A stretch of DNA of 64,000 nucleotides. Source: an uncultured virus (IMG/VR IMGVR_UViG_3300032268_001179) (taxonomy: Duplodnaviria > Heunggongvirae > Uroviricota > Caudoviricetes). Shown here in pieces: positions 47,158 to 57,057 of this stretch. The position numbers and the translations under genes were made by a program. The notes beneath the pieces are model-generated. The model did no database searches. It saw only the letters and a program-made list of their open reading frames with translations, and was not told the origin of the DNA. The stretch lies in IMG/VR virus record IMGVR_UViG_3300032268_001179, one strand, 5' to 3'. Numbering within the stretch: position 1 is the stretch's first letter; each line of letters opens with the position of its first letter.

Positions 47158-48271
47158 TTAATGCACTTTTTAAAACATCACATATATAATCAATTTCCTC
47201 CAACGATAATTCAGGATATAGAGGAGGACATATATGATGGTTATAATAATAATCGGTATTTGGTAAATTTACATAGGAAAAACACTCCTTATATAATGGT
47301 TGATGGTGAATCGGTATTTTATATACTTCGCCAGTAAGAGTTATATTATGTTGTTTACAATAGTTTTTCAACCAGCCTGAATCCATAGGACAAACAACTA
47401 TTGATTTATAATTTGCGCAAATCCCTTCATCAGACTGTTTTAATACTCTGTAAGAAGTCCCTTTTAAGTTTTTGATGTATCGATCTAAAAGAATTGTTCT
47501 TTTTTCAATTCTACTTTTTACTCTATCTAATTCAATACAACCTAATAAAGAAGTAAACTCATTGATTTTAAAGTTATTACCTTCGGCGTTTATGATGAGA
47601 CCTGAGTCAAAGTTGTCTCTCCCAAAATTTTTGAGGGACTTCATTTTTTCATAAAGTTTTTTGTTATTTGTTGTGATCATACCCCCTTCACCAGTTGTCA
47701 TAACCTTTGTCGGAAAAAATGAGAAAGTTCCAATATCTCCTATTGTCCCCGCATGATCATTACCTCTCACCGAAAAATGAGCATGTGCCGCGTCCTCAAT
47801 CAGAGGAACTTTATACTTCTTACAAATTCTTACTATTTTTTTTATGTTTGGAGAAATTATACCTCCGATGTGAACAATAATTACTGCTCCCACTTCAGAT
47901 GAAATTTTCTTTTCCAAATCCACTGGATGGATAGAAAAAGATTCTGATTCCATATCTAACAATTCGATTATTCCACCAGCGTTAGTTACCGCAACACTTG
48001 TTGCAAAAAATGTATTAGATGGAATTAAAACTTTTTTATTTTTTACGTTGATCGCCTTGAGGGCTAATTCGATTGCCGTTGTTCCATTCGAACATGCTAA
48101 TGCGAATTTTGAGTCACTCATTTCACTAAATCTATTCTCAAATTCTTTTGTGTATTTTGATTCTCCTAAGGGTCTATCTGAAGACAGAATGTCCCAAGAT
48201 CCTAATAAAAATTTTATTTTCGATTTTAAATCGAATTTGAGTCTGAAAATTGGGATTTTAAAATTTTTCAT
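47141..48271 (-). CDS. DegT/DnrJ/StrS PLP sugar aminotransferase
   Basis: SNGTTA, IEDAAHA, FSFFPTKVMTTGEGGM. Confidence 0.93.
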   Translation of the reverse strand: MKNFKIPIFRLKFDLKSKIKFLLGSWDILSSDRPLGESKYTKEFENRFSEMSDSKFALACSNGTTAIELALKAINVKNKKVLIPSNTFFATSVAVTNAGGIIELLDMESESFSIHPVDLEKKISSEVGAVIIVHIGGIISPNIKKIVRICKKYKVPLIEDAAHAHFSVRGNDHAGTIGDIGTFSFFPTKVMTTGEGGMITTNNKKLYEKMKSLKNFGRDNFDSGLIINAEGNNFKINEFTSLLGCIELDRVKSRIEKRTILLDRYIKNLKGTSYRVLKQSDEGICANYKSIVVCPMDSGWLKNYCKQHNITLTGEVYKIPIHHQPLYKECFSYVNLPNTDYYYNHHICPPLYPELSLEEIDYICDVLKSALIEYEK

Positions 48272-48903
48272 AAAATATGTTTTTTTATTTTTGATGGGAC
48301 TCCAGCAACCATAACATTATCAGGAATATTTTCTATCACAACCGACCCCGCAGCAACAATTGAATTTTTATCAACATTTATCCCTGGTATAATTGTTGAT
48401 GCCGCTCCAATAAAAGAATTTTCACCGATTGTCACATAACCACATAATGTAACATTCGGTGAAATTTGGCAAAAGTCCATCAATTTACAATCGTGTTCAA
48501 TTACTGAGGATGTGTTGATTATTGTTCCATTCCCAATTTTCGCATCAATGTGGATTACGGCATTCGGACAAATTAGGTTTCCATAACCCAAATTTTCTGT
48601 TTCAATAATTGAAGATGGGTGGATACAGTTTAAAGGTTCTTTCCCTGTATTATTTTTGATTAGTTCGTAATGTTTCCTTCTAATGTTGTTATCTCCTGTG
48701 GCAATGAAATAATCAACATCGGGTTGTCTTATAAAATCAAATGATTCTTCAACAGTTTTATACAATATGTTGTTTTGAATTTCCTTAGCATAACACTCAC
48801 AATAAAAAATTTTATGATATGGATACATCAATCCAAAAATATTTGTTGCAATTTTTGATCCAGCCGAACCACCAACTATGAGTATTTTTTTTTCTTCTGT
48901 CAT
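48268..48903 (-). CDS. PglD/NeuD-like sugar acetyltransferase
   Basis: ATGDNNIR, IHPS, INT..VIEHDC, hexapeptide repeats, AGVP. Confidence 0.9.
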   Translation of the reverse strand: MTEEKKILIVGGSAGSKIATNIFGLMYPYHKIFYCECYAKEIQNNILYKTVEESFDFIRQPDVDYFIATGDNNIRRKHYELIKNNTGKEPLNCIHPSSIIETENLGYGNLICPNAVIHIDAKIGNGTIINTSSVIEHDCKLMDFCQISPNVTLCGYVTIGENSFIGAASTIIPGINVDKNSIVAAGSVVIENIPDNVMVAGVPSKIKKHIL

Positions 48904-49730
48904 ATTATTTCGGTCGGAAGATCTTCATCAAACATTCCCCAGTTGTCTGGATTGGATGTTTCAGTAAAATTTTTTATTATTGAATTTTGGTCGGACATAG
49001 GAGGGAGTTGTTCGTCTTCATCTCTGATAGCACTTTTTCCGTGGTTTAAATGAAAAACGTAATGGTCCAAAACTTCTATTTGTGAATAATATGAAGCTTT
49101 CTTCATTACATTAGTATCTATTCCACAACCAAATAATATTGATTCTTCAAACCCTTTGATATTAAACCAAGTATCTCTGTGACCAATTTGATAATCTCCA
49201 CAACAATTTATTAAAGACCATTCGTCACTACTAGTTTTTATTCTTTCTTTTGGTGTGAAAGAATCTTTATTAGAATAAAGATGAGAATATAATGATTGAT
49301 AGTCGTCAAACGATAAATGAAATGACTCATCCACATCTCTTCTTGGTACTGTATAGAACGTATTCATATCCAATGTCCCAAAATTTAATGGTGTAGATAC
49401 GATATCAATATTTGTTGAAACTATAATTTCGTGTTCAGTTCTTCTGATACCAACATTCCTCCCTATCGATTCTATCATACTGTAGTTAGCAATTGACGGA
49501 TATTTGGATTTCAATAACTCCTTTGGGACTTGTACCCACTTCAACTTTTTGGAATGGGGTAGATTGTTTTTAATATTGGATATAACACCTTCACCATTAA
49601 CGGTCTTCCAATCTACGAAAACAACCTCATCATGGGTTTCAATCAAGGATGTTAACGACATTGTAGTTCTTTTATGGAGATTACCTCCATAATTGTCATT
49701 TCTAGATGAAAGTATAACCGAACTCTTCAT
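48900..49730 (-). CDS. GT-A-like glycosyltransferase
   Basis: RNDNYGG, VFVDW, RNVGIRR, TNID, GD, FHLNH. Confidence 0.6.
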   Translation of the reverse strand: MKSSVILSSRNDNYGGNLHKRTTMSLTSLIETHDEVVFVDWKTVNGEGVISNIKNNLPHSKKLKWVQVPKELLKSKYPSIANYSMIESIGRNVGIRRTEHEIIVSTNIDIVSTPLNFGTLDMNTFYTVPRRDVDESFHLSFDDYQSLYSHLYSNKDSFTPKERIKTSSDEWSLINCCGDYQIGHRDTWFNIKGFEESILFGCGIDTNVMKKASYYSQIEVLDHYVFHLNHGKSAIRDEDEQLPPMSDQNSIIKNFTETSNPDNWGMFDEDLPTEII

Positions 49731-50383
49731 TAACTTTTCTTATATAATTTATCACAGAACATTTTTCCATTAACTGAACTTCTATGATGATCACTATCTC
49801 TTACAAACGTGAAGCCTTTAGACGTAATTACTTCATTAACTTTCAAATCAAATTCAGACCCTAAATCAGTGACTTCAATAATAATATATTCAAAGTTTTT
49901 CAGATTATCTCCAATTCCTTCGAGTACTTGTAATTCAGCACCTTCAGTATCAATATTCAACAAATCATAATTTGAAAATGACAAATTTTCTCTTTCAAAC
50001 AAAGTTTGTATTGTAATAGTTTTTGTTTTTAAAACATCACCTTTCTGTTCTATGAGTGAACTTGAATCTTGATTGTGAGGAGGACAATATAAATTTAATT
50101 CTAAGTCATCTTCATTCCATGCTGCAAGATTATATATTTTTTGCCCAAATTGCTCGATTTCACTTTTGAATCGGTTATAAGAATTTGGGTTGGCTTCTAA
50201 AAAAATAGAATTATTTCCACAATAGTGGGCGTATTGTTTAGCTTCCCATGCGTCCCAAGCCCCAATGTGTAACACCCCTTTGGGATACCAATTTAAATTG
50301 AAGAACAAACCTTTGTTATTTCCAAATTGACCTGCTCCGACTGGATTGGGATCCTTGTCCCAAAAAGCTCCAAATAAACTCAT
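49730..50383 (-). CDS. FkbM-family methyltransferase
   Basis: LHIGAW, EANP, SSS, LNIDTEGAELQVLEG. Confidence 0.88.
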   Translation of the reverse strand: MSLFGAFWDKDPNPVGAGQFGNNKGLFFNLNWYPKGVLHIGAWDAWEAKQYAHYCGNNSIFLEANPNSYNRFKSEIEQFGQKIYNLAAWNEDDLELNLYCPPHNQDSSSLIEQKGDVLKTKTITIQTLFERENLSFSNYDLLNIDTEGAELQVLEGIGDNLKNFEYIIIEVTDLGSEFDLKVNEVITSKGFTFVRDSDHHRSSVNGKMFCDKLYKKS

Positions 50384-50384
50384 T

Positions 50385-51029
50385 TTATTTTTTTCTTAAT
50401 ATAATTTCTTCAGTCCCTGGTGTGACATTGTTTATTTTGATAATTTCCCAATCTGTAGCATTTTCCCTAATCCAATTTTCACTAATAAGAACTACTTTAA
50501 TCATTTGATTACCATCCCAACTTTCAAATCCACATTGATTGTTATCATTAGACAATAGTCCATCGTACATTACAAAAATACATCCTGTATTTGCGACTTC
50601 AGCCAAGTTTCGAAAAACATCCGATTTGAATCTTAAGGGAATATGTGGTAACACCGCATTGGTAAACATAAAATCAAATTTTACTGGAAATTTACTAGCA
50701 AAACTTTCAGTCAAATCTGATTGAACAAATTTAATACTATTAGTTTCGTATTTTTTTGCATATTCAATCCTATTCGTGGATAGGTCAACTCCGTATGTTT
50801 GATCAAAACTCTCACTCAAAACTTTTGTAAAATACCCATATGCACAACCAACATCTAAACAACTTTTTGACATATTTTCAGATGCTAAATTTTTGATTCG
50901 AGGTATCAAATTTGATTTCATCCAATTTATGTCTCGTTCTGAATAACCTTTATCGAAATCTAAATTTGAAGCAAAATCTTTTTCGGTTTCAAAATAATTT
51001 TTTAATGATTCTTTAATGTTTTGTATCAT
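50385..51029 (-). CDS. Class I SAM-dependent methyltransferase
   Basis: LDVGCAYG, GVDLS, FDF...VLPHIP. Confidence 0.88.
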   Translation of the reverse strand: MIQNIKESLKNYFETEKDFASNLDFDKGYSERDINWMKSNLIPRIKNLASENMSKSCLDVGCAYGYFTKVLSESFDQTYGVDLSTNRIEYAKKYETNSIKFVQSDLTESFASKFPVKFDFMFTNAVLPHIPLRFKSDVFRNLAEVANTGCIFVMYDGLLSNDNNQCGFESWDGNQMIKVVLISENWIRENATDWEIIKINNVTPGTEEIILRKK

Positions 51030-51414
51030 TTTCTTTATAGTTTACATAATCTTTAATTTCTTTTATTGAAGAATTAGTTTTCTGATTTATTTCATTCTTA
51101 AACTCAAAACGCTCATCGTTAGTAAAATATACGCTCCTCGCTAGTTCTATAAACTCAGAATCAAATAATTTTTGTTTTTCTAAAATTCTTAACTCGTCTT
51201 CAATAACCCAAAGTTTTGCGTTTGTAATACATAATCTCTGATATAAATCAAATATCTCAGGGTCGTTCAAATACTCAGAGGAAGAATTATACAATAATTC
51301 GAATTCTTTGTTTATAAACGATAATTTTTCTTCATTTGTAACCTTATTTTTTTTTACTTGGAGGATAGACAATTTGTCTATTAGTTCTCCAACACTAACG
51401 GGAATATTGATCAT
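51013..51414 (-). CDS. DUF6165-like protein
   Basis: PVSVGELIDKLSIL, N.KLWVIEDELR, FIELARSVYFTNDER. Confidence 0.75.
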   Translation of the reverse strand: MINIPVSVGELIDKLSILQVKKNKVTNEEKLSFINKEFELLYNSSSEYLNDPEIFDLYQRLCITNAKLWVIEDELRILEKQKLFDSEFIELARSVYFTNDERFEFKNEINQKTNSSIKEIKDYVNYKENDTKH

Positions 51415-52115
51415 TTTACATATATTAAATCGTTATCGAACATATGTTCTACTTGATGGAAACTAGGGGGATTGTGTCTGGAATAAACCGATACGTTTTT
51501 CAAACCTAACTTATTGATTATGTAAAGTATTGAAGTTTCTACCGTATAAATGTGTTTTGCTTTCAGCAATAGACCAATCCAATCGAAAAGATTGTCCCAT
51601 CCTAAATAAGTCATTTCAACTGAGTTTTCAAACTGTCCCATGTGTGGACAAGGTTTGGAATCTGGCGGTGACCCAAACATTCTGTTAACAAATACAAATT
51701 CTTTGTCGTTTACACCAAAATGATCGATAAGTTTTTGTTCTCTTTCTAAGTTTCTTTCGAAAGAGAAATACTCCAACCAATTATCAAAATCCATATTCAA
51801 CAATTTATATTTTGCATGCATTACTGACCCGTTATAATGTCTGTCAAAATGTTGTATTGGTAGATAGATATCGTTAACATTTATAACTGTAGGTTTTGAA
51901 TACCCTTCCATATAAATGTTTTTGTGAATAAAATCTTCTCTTTCATTCACAAAGGTTAAATTTTTTACCTTGATATAATCTTTAATAAATTCAAATTGAG
52001 GAATTACTGGCCATATAACTTCGTAGCCTTCTGATATGTAATATTTCGCAATTTTTTGTGTGAAAAAAATATCACCGATTCCTGCTGGTTGTCTAATTAA
52101 ACAAATTTTACTCAT
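51411..52115 (-). CDS. Hypothetical protein, possible GT-B fold
   Basis: QPAGIGDI and AKHIYTVETS resemble GT9-like motifs. Confidence 0.5.
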   Translation of the reverse strand: MSKICLIRQPAGIGDIFFTQKIAKYYISEGYEVIWPVIPQFEFIKDYIKVKNLTFVNEREDFIHKNIYMEGYSKPTVINVNDIYLPIQHFDRHYNGSVMHAKYKLLNMDFDNWLEYFSFERNLEREQKLIDHFGVNDKEFVFVNRMFGSPPDSKPCPHMGQFENSVEMTYLGWDNLFDWIGLLLKAKHIYTVETSILYIINKLGLKNVSVYSRHNPPSFHQVEHMFDNDLIYVK

Positions 52116-52118
52116 TTT

Positions 52119-52781
52119 TTATTCAAATTTTGATCGTTCATCCATAAGTTCATAAACCTCTCCAATTGGATAAGTTTCTTCACCTTCTAAATTTAATATT
52201 TTTTTTGGAAATTTTCTTACGAAAGGACTTTTGTAAAAATCATAACCGTGAACCAAAGATAAGTTTCTAATTTTTGGATAAAAAATATCTCTTAGAAAGT
52301 TTTGATCTTCCTCTTTTCTTCTATTTCCATACTTGAAATTATTCATTTCTTTACCCATATCAAAGTTCTCAAAGTATTTTGCCTTACCTCCCCACATACC
52401 AGCCAAAACTTCATTTCTATGACCTGGATGAGAACGTATGATATGAAATGGATGACCACTTTCAATCCAATCTTGAACCAATTCCGCATCGTGTCGATTC
52501 AATCTATCGTCCAAGTCACGGGAAATAAAATAATTTACATTGGGATCGTCATACACGTGAAACCTCCACATACTTGGGACAATAGTTGTTTTACCAACGT
52601 TTATCAATTTAGCCCCTTCGTTTTGGAGTTCTTCTAATATACTGTCGATAAATCCATCTTCGTGATAAACTCGGAATTCCCAGTCAGGAAAAAATTCTTT
52701 ACACAATCTTGTGTTGTAAAGTGCTCCTTTGGAATATCGTCTGTCACCCCCATAAAGTGTTGTTGACACTACATTTATCAT
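52119..52781 (-). CDS. Putative glycosyltransferase-like protein
   Basis: LYG..RY..GA..N, MWRF, SRDLDDR, LAGMWG, DQNFL. Confidence 0.55.
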   Translation of the reverse strand: MINVVSTTLYGGDRRYSKGALYNTRLCKEFFPDWEFRVYHEDGFIDSILEELQNEGAKLINVGKTTIVPSMWRFHVYDDPNVNYFISRDLDDRLNRHDAELVQDWIESGHPFHIIRSHPGHRNEVLAGMWGGKAKYFENFDMGKEMNNFKYGNRRKEEDQNFLRDIFYPKIRNLSLVHGYDFYKSPFVRKFPKKILNLEGEETYPIGEVYELMDERSKFE

Positions 52782-53593
52782 AAAGAACTTAAATGGTTTT
52801 TATAAATCCAATCGTCAAGAACACTATAATCTTTTACTCTTTCAAAGTTATCTTTGATTGCCTCCATCTTGGATAAGTATAGTTCCTCGGACAAAGTTGA
52901 CAAGTCAAATGATCCATCAAAGAATATGATACCCTCGGAATTGAAATGATCAACAACTTTTTTTGTCCCCATATAAACGGGAATAGTACCAGTTGCAAAA
53001 CAATCCAAAATTTTCTCAGTAAAATACGTATCGTAGGTATCATTCTCAACCGCGAAAGAAAACATATAGTCTTTTAAACCAGTTTCCTTGTTTGGTATTT
53101 CATTGATACCTCTCCCGTAAACATCGATTTTGTCTTTGTTTGACATAGCAAAATCGTGACGAATTTCGTGTTGTCTAGTCCATCTTTTACTTGATGTTAT
53201 CATTGAAGCTAATTTGGTTTTTGGATGAATTCCAAATTCTTTGATATAACTTCCGTATGCTGGTGTCCATTTAAATTTAGAATCTAATGACAACAATTCA
53301 TCATTGTGAGTCCAAATTTGTTCGAACGTAGACAAAACATCTTGTAGGTTATTTTTAATGTTTTCAATAGCTCCACCATCGAATTTACGGGATTCAATCA
53401 CCCATAAAAATTTTTTCTTAGATCCCCCATCAACTTTATGATCTTCAATACCTTTAAATAAATCATTATCCAAGTATACTGAAATTGGGTTCTCATAACT
53501 ATTGAAACACCATTCTATTAGTTGTGGAGCTTTATTTGCCGTTGAACCTTTGTCATGAGCAAAGTTTCGAGATAACATATTTAATTTAACCAT
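52778..53593 (-). CDS. GT10 alpha-1,3-fucosyltransferase-like protein
   Basis: YMFSFAVEN..YFTEKILDCFATGTIPVYMG. Confidence 0.85.
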   Translation of the reverse strand: MVKLNMLSRNFAHDKGSTANKAPQLIEWCFNSYENPISVYLDNDLFKGIEDHKVDGGSKKKFLWVIESRKFDGGAIENIKNNLQDVLSTFEQIWTHNDELLSLDSKFKWTPAYGSYIKEFGIHPKTKLASMITSSKRWTRQHEIRHDFAMSNKDKIDVYGRGINEIPNKETGLKDYMFSFAVENDTYDTYFTEKILDCFATGTIPVYMGTKKVVDHFNSEGIIFFDGSFDLSTLSEELYLSKMEAIKDNFERVKDYSVLDDWIYKNHLSSL

Positions 53594-54390
53594 CCGTCTT
53601 CATATTTTACTTCAAGCACTTTCCAATAAGGTTCATAGATATCTTTGTAATTTCTTGGACCCCTTGGACCAAACCAAATTGAAGGTGCGATAATTTTTTT
53701 ATTTGGATTTTGATTAAGGAAACTTCCCCACCAAGAAAAAGTGGAATTCACAATAATGTTGTTTTTACATAATGACATCAACCACATTTCTTTATAATCT
53801 TCGTCATCTACATATGTTACATTTTCAAATTTCAAATTTTCTTTTACCCAATCCTTATCATCGCTAAAAACAAAAACGTGAGAAAACTCTCCAATCTCTT
53901 CGATTGCTCTTTGAATATATTTTTCCGTAGCAATTGGGTGAATATCAGGATTCATAAAACAATCACCCCTTCTAATGTGAATTGATAATGTATTTTCTTG
54001 GTTTAGTTCGGGATGTTTTTCAAACATTTCATTCACAAATTCTTCTGTTGGTGAAAAAATTTGTCGGATACGATCAAAGTGTGGACCAAAGTTTTTTGAA
54101 CTTTGGAAATATCCATCGAATACAGTATCGTGATCTTTTACGAAAACTTCACTGAATTCCCAAGGACCCTCACTTACTTTTTCAAATCCATCAATATTAT
54201 CGATAAATTTAAGGTTACGGAAAATATTGTTTAGGTAGTTTTCGGTTTGTCTTCCTTGCATTGGAGTCCAAGATTTGGGGACAAACACTACTTCTCGGTT
54301 GTGTGTAATTCCTTGTGCCACAGCGTGAGCGGCTTGAAACAACTGATTTCCTAGCCCTCCCATTAAGTTACAAGATATAAAATTGCTCAT
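53581..54390 (-). CDS. GT11 alpha-1,2-fucosyltransferase-like protein
   Basis: GGLGNQLFQ, GYFQS, IHIRRGD, FSDD, NSTFSWWG. Confidence 0.92.
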   Translation of the reverse strand: MSNFISCNLMGGLGNQLFQAAHAVAQGITHNREVVFVPKSWTPMQGRQTENYLNNIFRNLKFIDNIDGFEKVSEGPWEFSEVFVKDHDTVFDGYFQSSKNFGPHFDRIRQIFSPTEEFVNEMFEKHPELNQENTLSIHIRRGDCFMNPDIHPIATEKYIQRAIEEIGEFSHVFVFSDDKDWVKENLKFENVTYVDDEDYKEMWLMSLCKNNIIVNSTFSWWGSFLNQNPNKKIIAPSIWFGPRGPRNYKDIYEPYWKVLEVKYEDGWLN

Positions 54391-55115
54391 CTAATCAATT
54401 TTTTTAATTTTGGTTTATTTCTTATTATATTAGAACATCTTTCTTGTTCTGTAAACCCACCACCTGTTGCACTACCTGGTTTATGGTCATTGTAAGGGGA
54501 TTGGGCATTATAAACGTAATATATCTTAGGTAAAAATCTATAATTTTCTTCACCTGCAAGTTCCAATAAAGAGAATGTATATGCAACATCAGCTGCGGAC
54601 TTGAAGTATTTTCCATTGGAGTCTTTTAAATAATTTTGTGGTATCGATTTCCATAAGAAAGATTTCCATGTTCTCAAATGAGAAAACCTGAAAACATCTT
54701 GGCGAACAGTTTGTGGATTACATTTTTGAGAGAATCCCATTTCTCCAGTTGAATACATAAATGATCCGTTTGTTAACCAAACTTTTCCGTCAGAATATAT
54801 TTGTCTTATATCACCAACTACATCTGTATTCAATAAAAAATCATCTCCATCCAATTCAATGACGATATCTTCATCCTCAAATGTATGGATTAGTTCATCC
54901 AAATTTTTCAATTTGAATTTTTTTTCACTATTAACTATTAAATTAAACCTGTCATCGTCTGAGATACTTTCTTTGATGATTTGAACTGTATTGTCTGTTG
55001 ACATGTCATCAATTATAAAAACTTGAAAATCTTTATCTTTTTGATTTTTCAAAGTTTTTATACAATTTTTTATATAATTTTCTGCGTTCCAAACACAGAC
55101 AACAAACTTTATCAT
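54387..55115 (-). CDS. GT2 glycosyltransferase
   Basis: WNAENYI, IDDMSTDNT, LDGDD. Confidence 0.9.
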   Translation of the reverse strand: MIKFVVCVWNAENYIKNCIKTLKNQKDKDFQVFIIDDMSTDNTVQIIKESISDDDRFNLIVNSEKKFKLKNLDELIHTFEDEDIVIELDGDDFLLNTDVVGDIRQIYSDGKVWLTNGSFMYSTGEMGFSQKCNPQTVRQDVFRFSHLRTWKSFLWKSIPQNYLKDSNGKYFKSAADVAYTFSLLELAGEENYRFLPKIYYVYNAQSPYNDHKPGSATGGGFTEQERCSNIIRNKPKLKKLIR

Positions 55116-56272
55116 TGTAAATTTATTACGTATCCTTCAGCGACAGTGCCAGGTTTATAGAATTTTAGTCTACCATCGAACTCTTGGCTCAAATCAAAAA
55201 GTTGTTTACTGATAGCGTCTATTTCAAAAACATTTAAGTAATATCCCTCATTGAGTAAATCTAAACACAATTTGAACTGTTGAGATTCTTCTAAAATATC
55301 AGTTCCTCTTTTGTAAGTGATGTAATTCATTACAAATGGAACAGTTTTATCGGGATTTTGTTTCATAAAGAACTCTTTCAAAAATTTTGCATGTTCTTCA
55401 TTAAATTTATCAACTGTAAGAGGTAAGTTTAACTCCATTCCTAACTCTTTAGCATAGTGACCTAACGCCCTATTATCTCTTGGTAAACAAGGACCTCCGA
55501 AGCCGAAACCATATTTTAAATATTTTTTTCCAACTCGGCTATCACCCCCAACGGCATTCAAGACCGAATCAATTTCATTACTGAGTTCTGATTTAATCAA
55601 AATCTCACCCATCATATTTGCGTAACTGATTTTGGTAGTTAGATAACAGTTTATACCTATTTTTGTTACTTCAGCCGCTTTACATGACATTACATGGGCG
55701 TTCACTGGCGTTGTTTGTATTTTGTTATAAATTTGAATTAGATCATTTGCTAACTCATTATATTCGGTTCCAATCAACACGATGTCAGATTCTTCAAGCC
55801 CTTTAACAATTTCACCTTGAGCAATAAACTCAGGGTTATATGCAACTTGAATACTGAACATTGAAAGTCTTTGTTGAACTTGGTCAACATCACCAGGGTT
55901 TGTCGTGCATCCTACTATGAATTTCTTATTGAAAATTGAAACTTCTAATTTTGAAGCTTCGATGAAATCATTAACAACTTGAAACACGGCACTCGTATCA
56001 TAATTTCCGTCAGTTGTTGAAGGAGTTGCAACAAATGTGAAAATAATATCGGAGTTTTTTATTATTTCGATGTTATCGGTTGTTGCAGAAAATCTCTGAA
56101 CCCCAAATAACATTTGTTGTATAAATGGCTCGTTTGTATTACAAACGTTATGATTTAAATTATATACATAATCTTCTCTTTTATCTGATACAATAACATC
56201 GTATCCTGCTTTTTCACAAAGTAGAGCGAAAGTCAAACCTAAACGACCTGCACCAATAACTCCGATTTTCAT
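55112..56272 (-). CDS. UDP-glucose/GDP-mannose 6-dehydrogenase
   Basis: GAGRLG, VATP, NPEFIAQG, KISYAN, GFGGPCLPRD. Confidence 0.9.
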   Translation of the reverse strand: MKIGVIGAGRLGLTFALLCEKAGYDVIVSDKREDYVYNLNHNVCNTNEPFIQQMLFGVQRFSATTDNIEIIKNSDIIFTFVATPSTTDGNYDTSAVFQVVNDFIEASKLEVSIFNKKFIVGCTTNPGDVDQVQQRLSMFSIQVAYNPEFIAQGEIVKGLEESDIVLIGTEYNELANDLIQIYNKIQTTPVNAHVMSCKAAEVTKIGINCYLTTKISYANMMGEILIKSELSNEIDSVLNAVGGDSRVGKKYLKYGFGFGGPCLPRDNRALGHYAKELGMELNLPLTVDKFNEEHAKFLKEFFMKQNPDKTVPFVMNYITYKRGTDILEESQQFKLCLDLLNEGYYLNVFEIDAISKQLFDLSQEFDGRLKFYKPGTVAEGYVINLQ

Positions 56273-57057
56273 ATTATTTCGTGATATTTCAAATCAAAAA
56301 TGGGTATTGAAACCATTTTATGTTTATTTTTATTATGAAACTTGTTGTAGGTTTCAATTGCTTTATATTCTTTTTCGGTGAAGTTTTGTTTTTTTGTTCC
56401 GAACTCCATAACCCACTCCATTTCCTCATAGCTTGCCCCAATTTGGGTTTCATCATTCCTATCATCATCCCATAAACCATCAGTTGGCTCGGCGTTTACT
56501 ATATCTTCGTCAACACCTAAGAATTTACCCAAACTTCTTACTTCACTTTTATATAGGTCTGCAATTGGAGAAATATCAACACCCCCGTCACCATACTTAG
56601 TGTAAAAACCGACTCCAAAATCCTCAACTTTATTACCAGTCCCAACAACAATTCCTCCTTTAGATGTTGCAATTTGATATAAAGTTATCATCCGTAACCT
56701 TGATTTTGTATTTGCAAAGGCAAGTTCCGAGTCTGCTATTTTATCTATCGTAGATTTAAATTTGTCAAAGGTCGATGTCAAATCAACGTTCAAACCAGCA
56801 ACATTATGAGGGTAATCGAAACATAATTGTGATATGTGTTTCTCAGATAATTTTGTATTTTTTGATGAAGAATGGATCGGCATTCCAACAACAATAGTAG
56901 GGATACCTGTCTCAGCACAAAGAGTTGAGACAACCGCGGAGTCAATTCCTCCCGATACTCCAACTACTAAGCATTTAATACCATTATTATTTACGTATGA
57001 AGTAATCCAATTTTGAATTTGTTCAGAAAGATTGGAGTAATCTAAAATTCTATTCAT
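56269..57057 (-). CDS. nadE: NH3-dependent NAD+ synthetase
   Basis: GVSGGIDSA, NTKSRLRM, GTGNKVE, GFYTKYGDGGVD, PTDGLW. Confidence 0.95.
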   Translation of the reverse strand: MNRILDYSNLSEQIQNWITSYVNNNGIKCLVVGVSGGIDSAVVSTLCAETGIPTIVVGMPIHSSSKNTKLSEKHISQLCFDYPHNVAGLNVDLTSTFDKFKSTIDKIADSELAFANTKSRLRMITLYQIATSKGGIVVGTGNKVEDFGVGFYTKYGDGGVDISPIADLYKSEVRSLGKFLGVDEDIVNAEPTDGLWDDDRNDETQIGASYEEMEWVMEFGTKKQNFTEKEYKAIETYNKFHNKNKHKMVSIPIFDLKYHEII

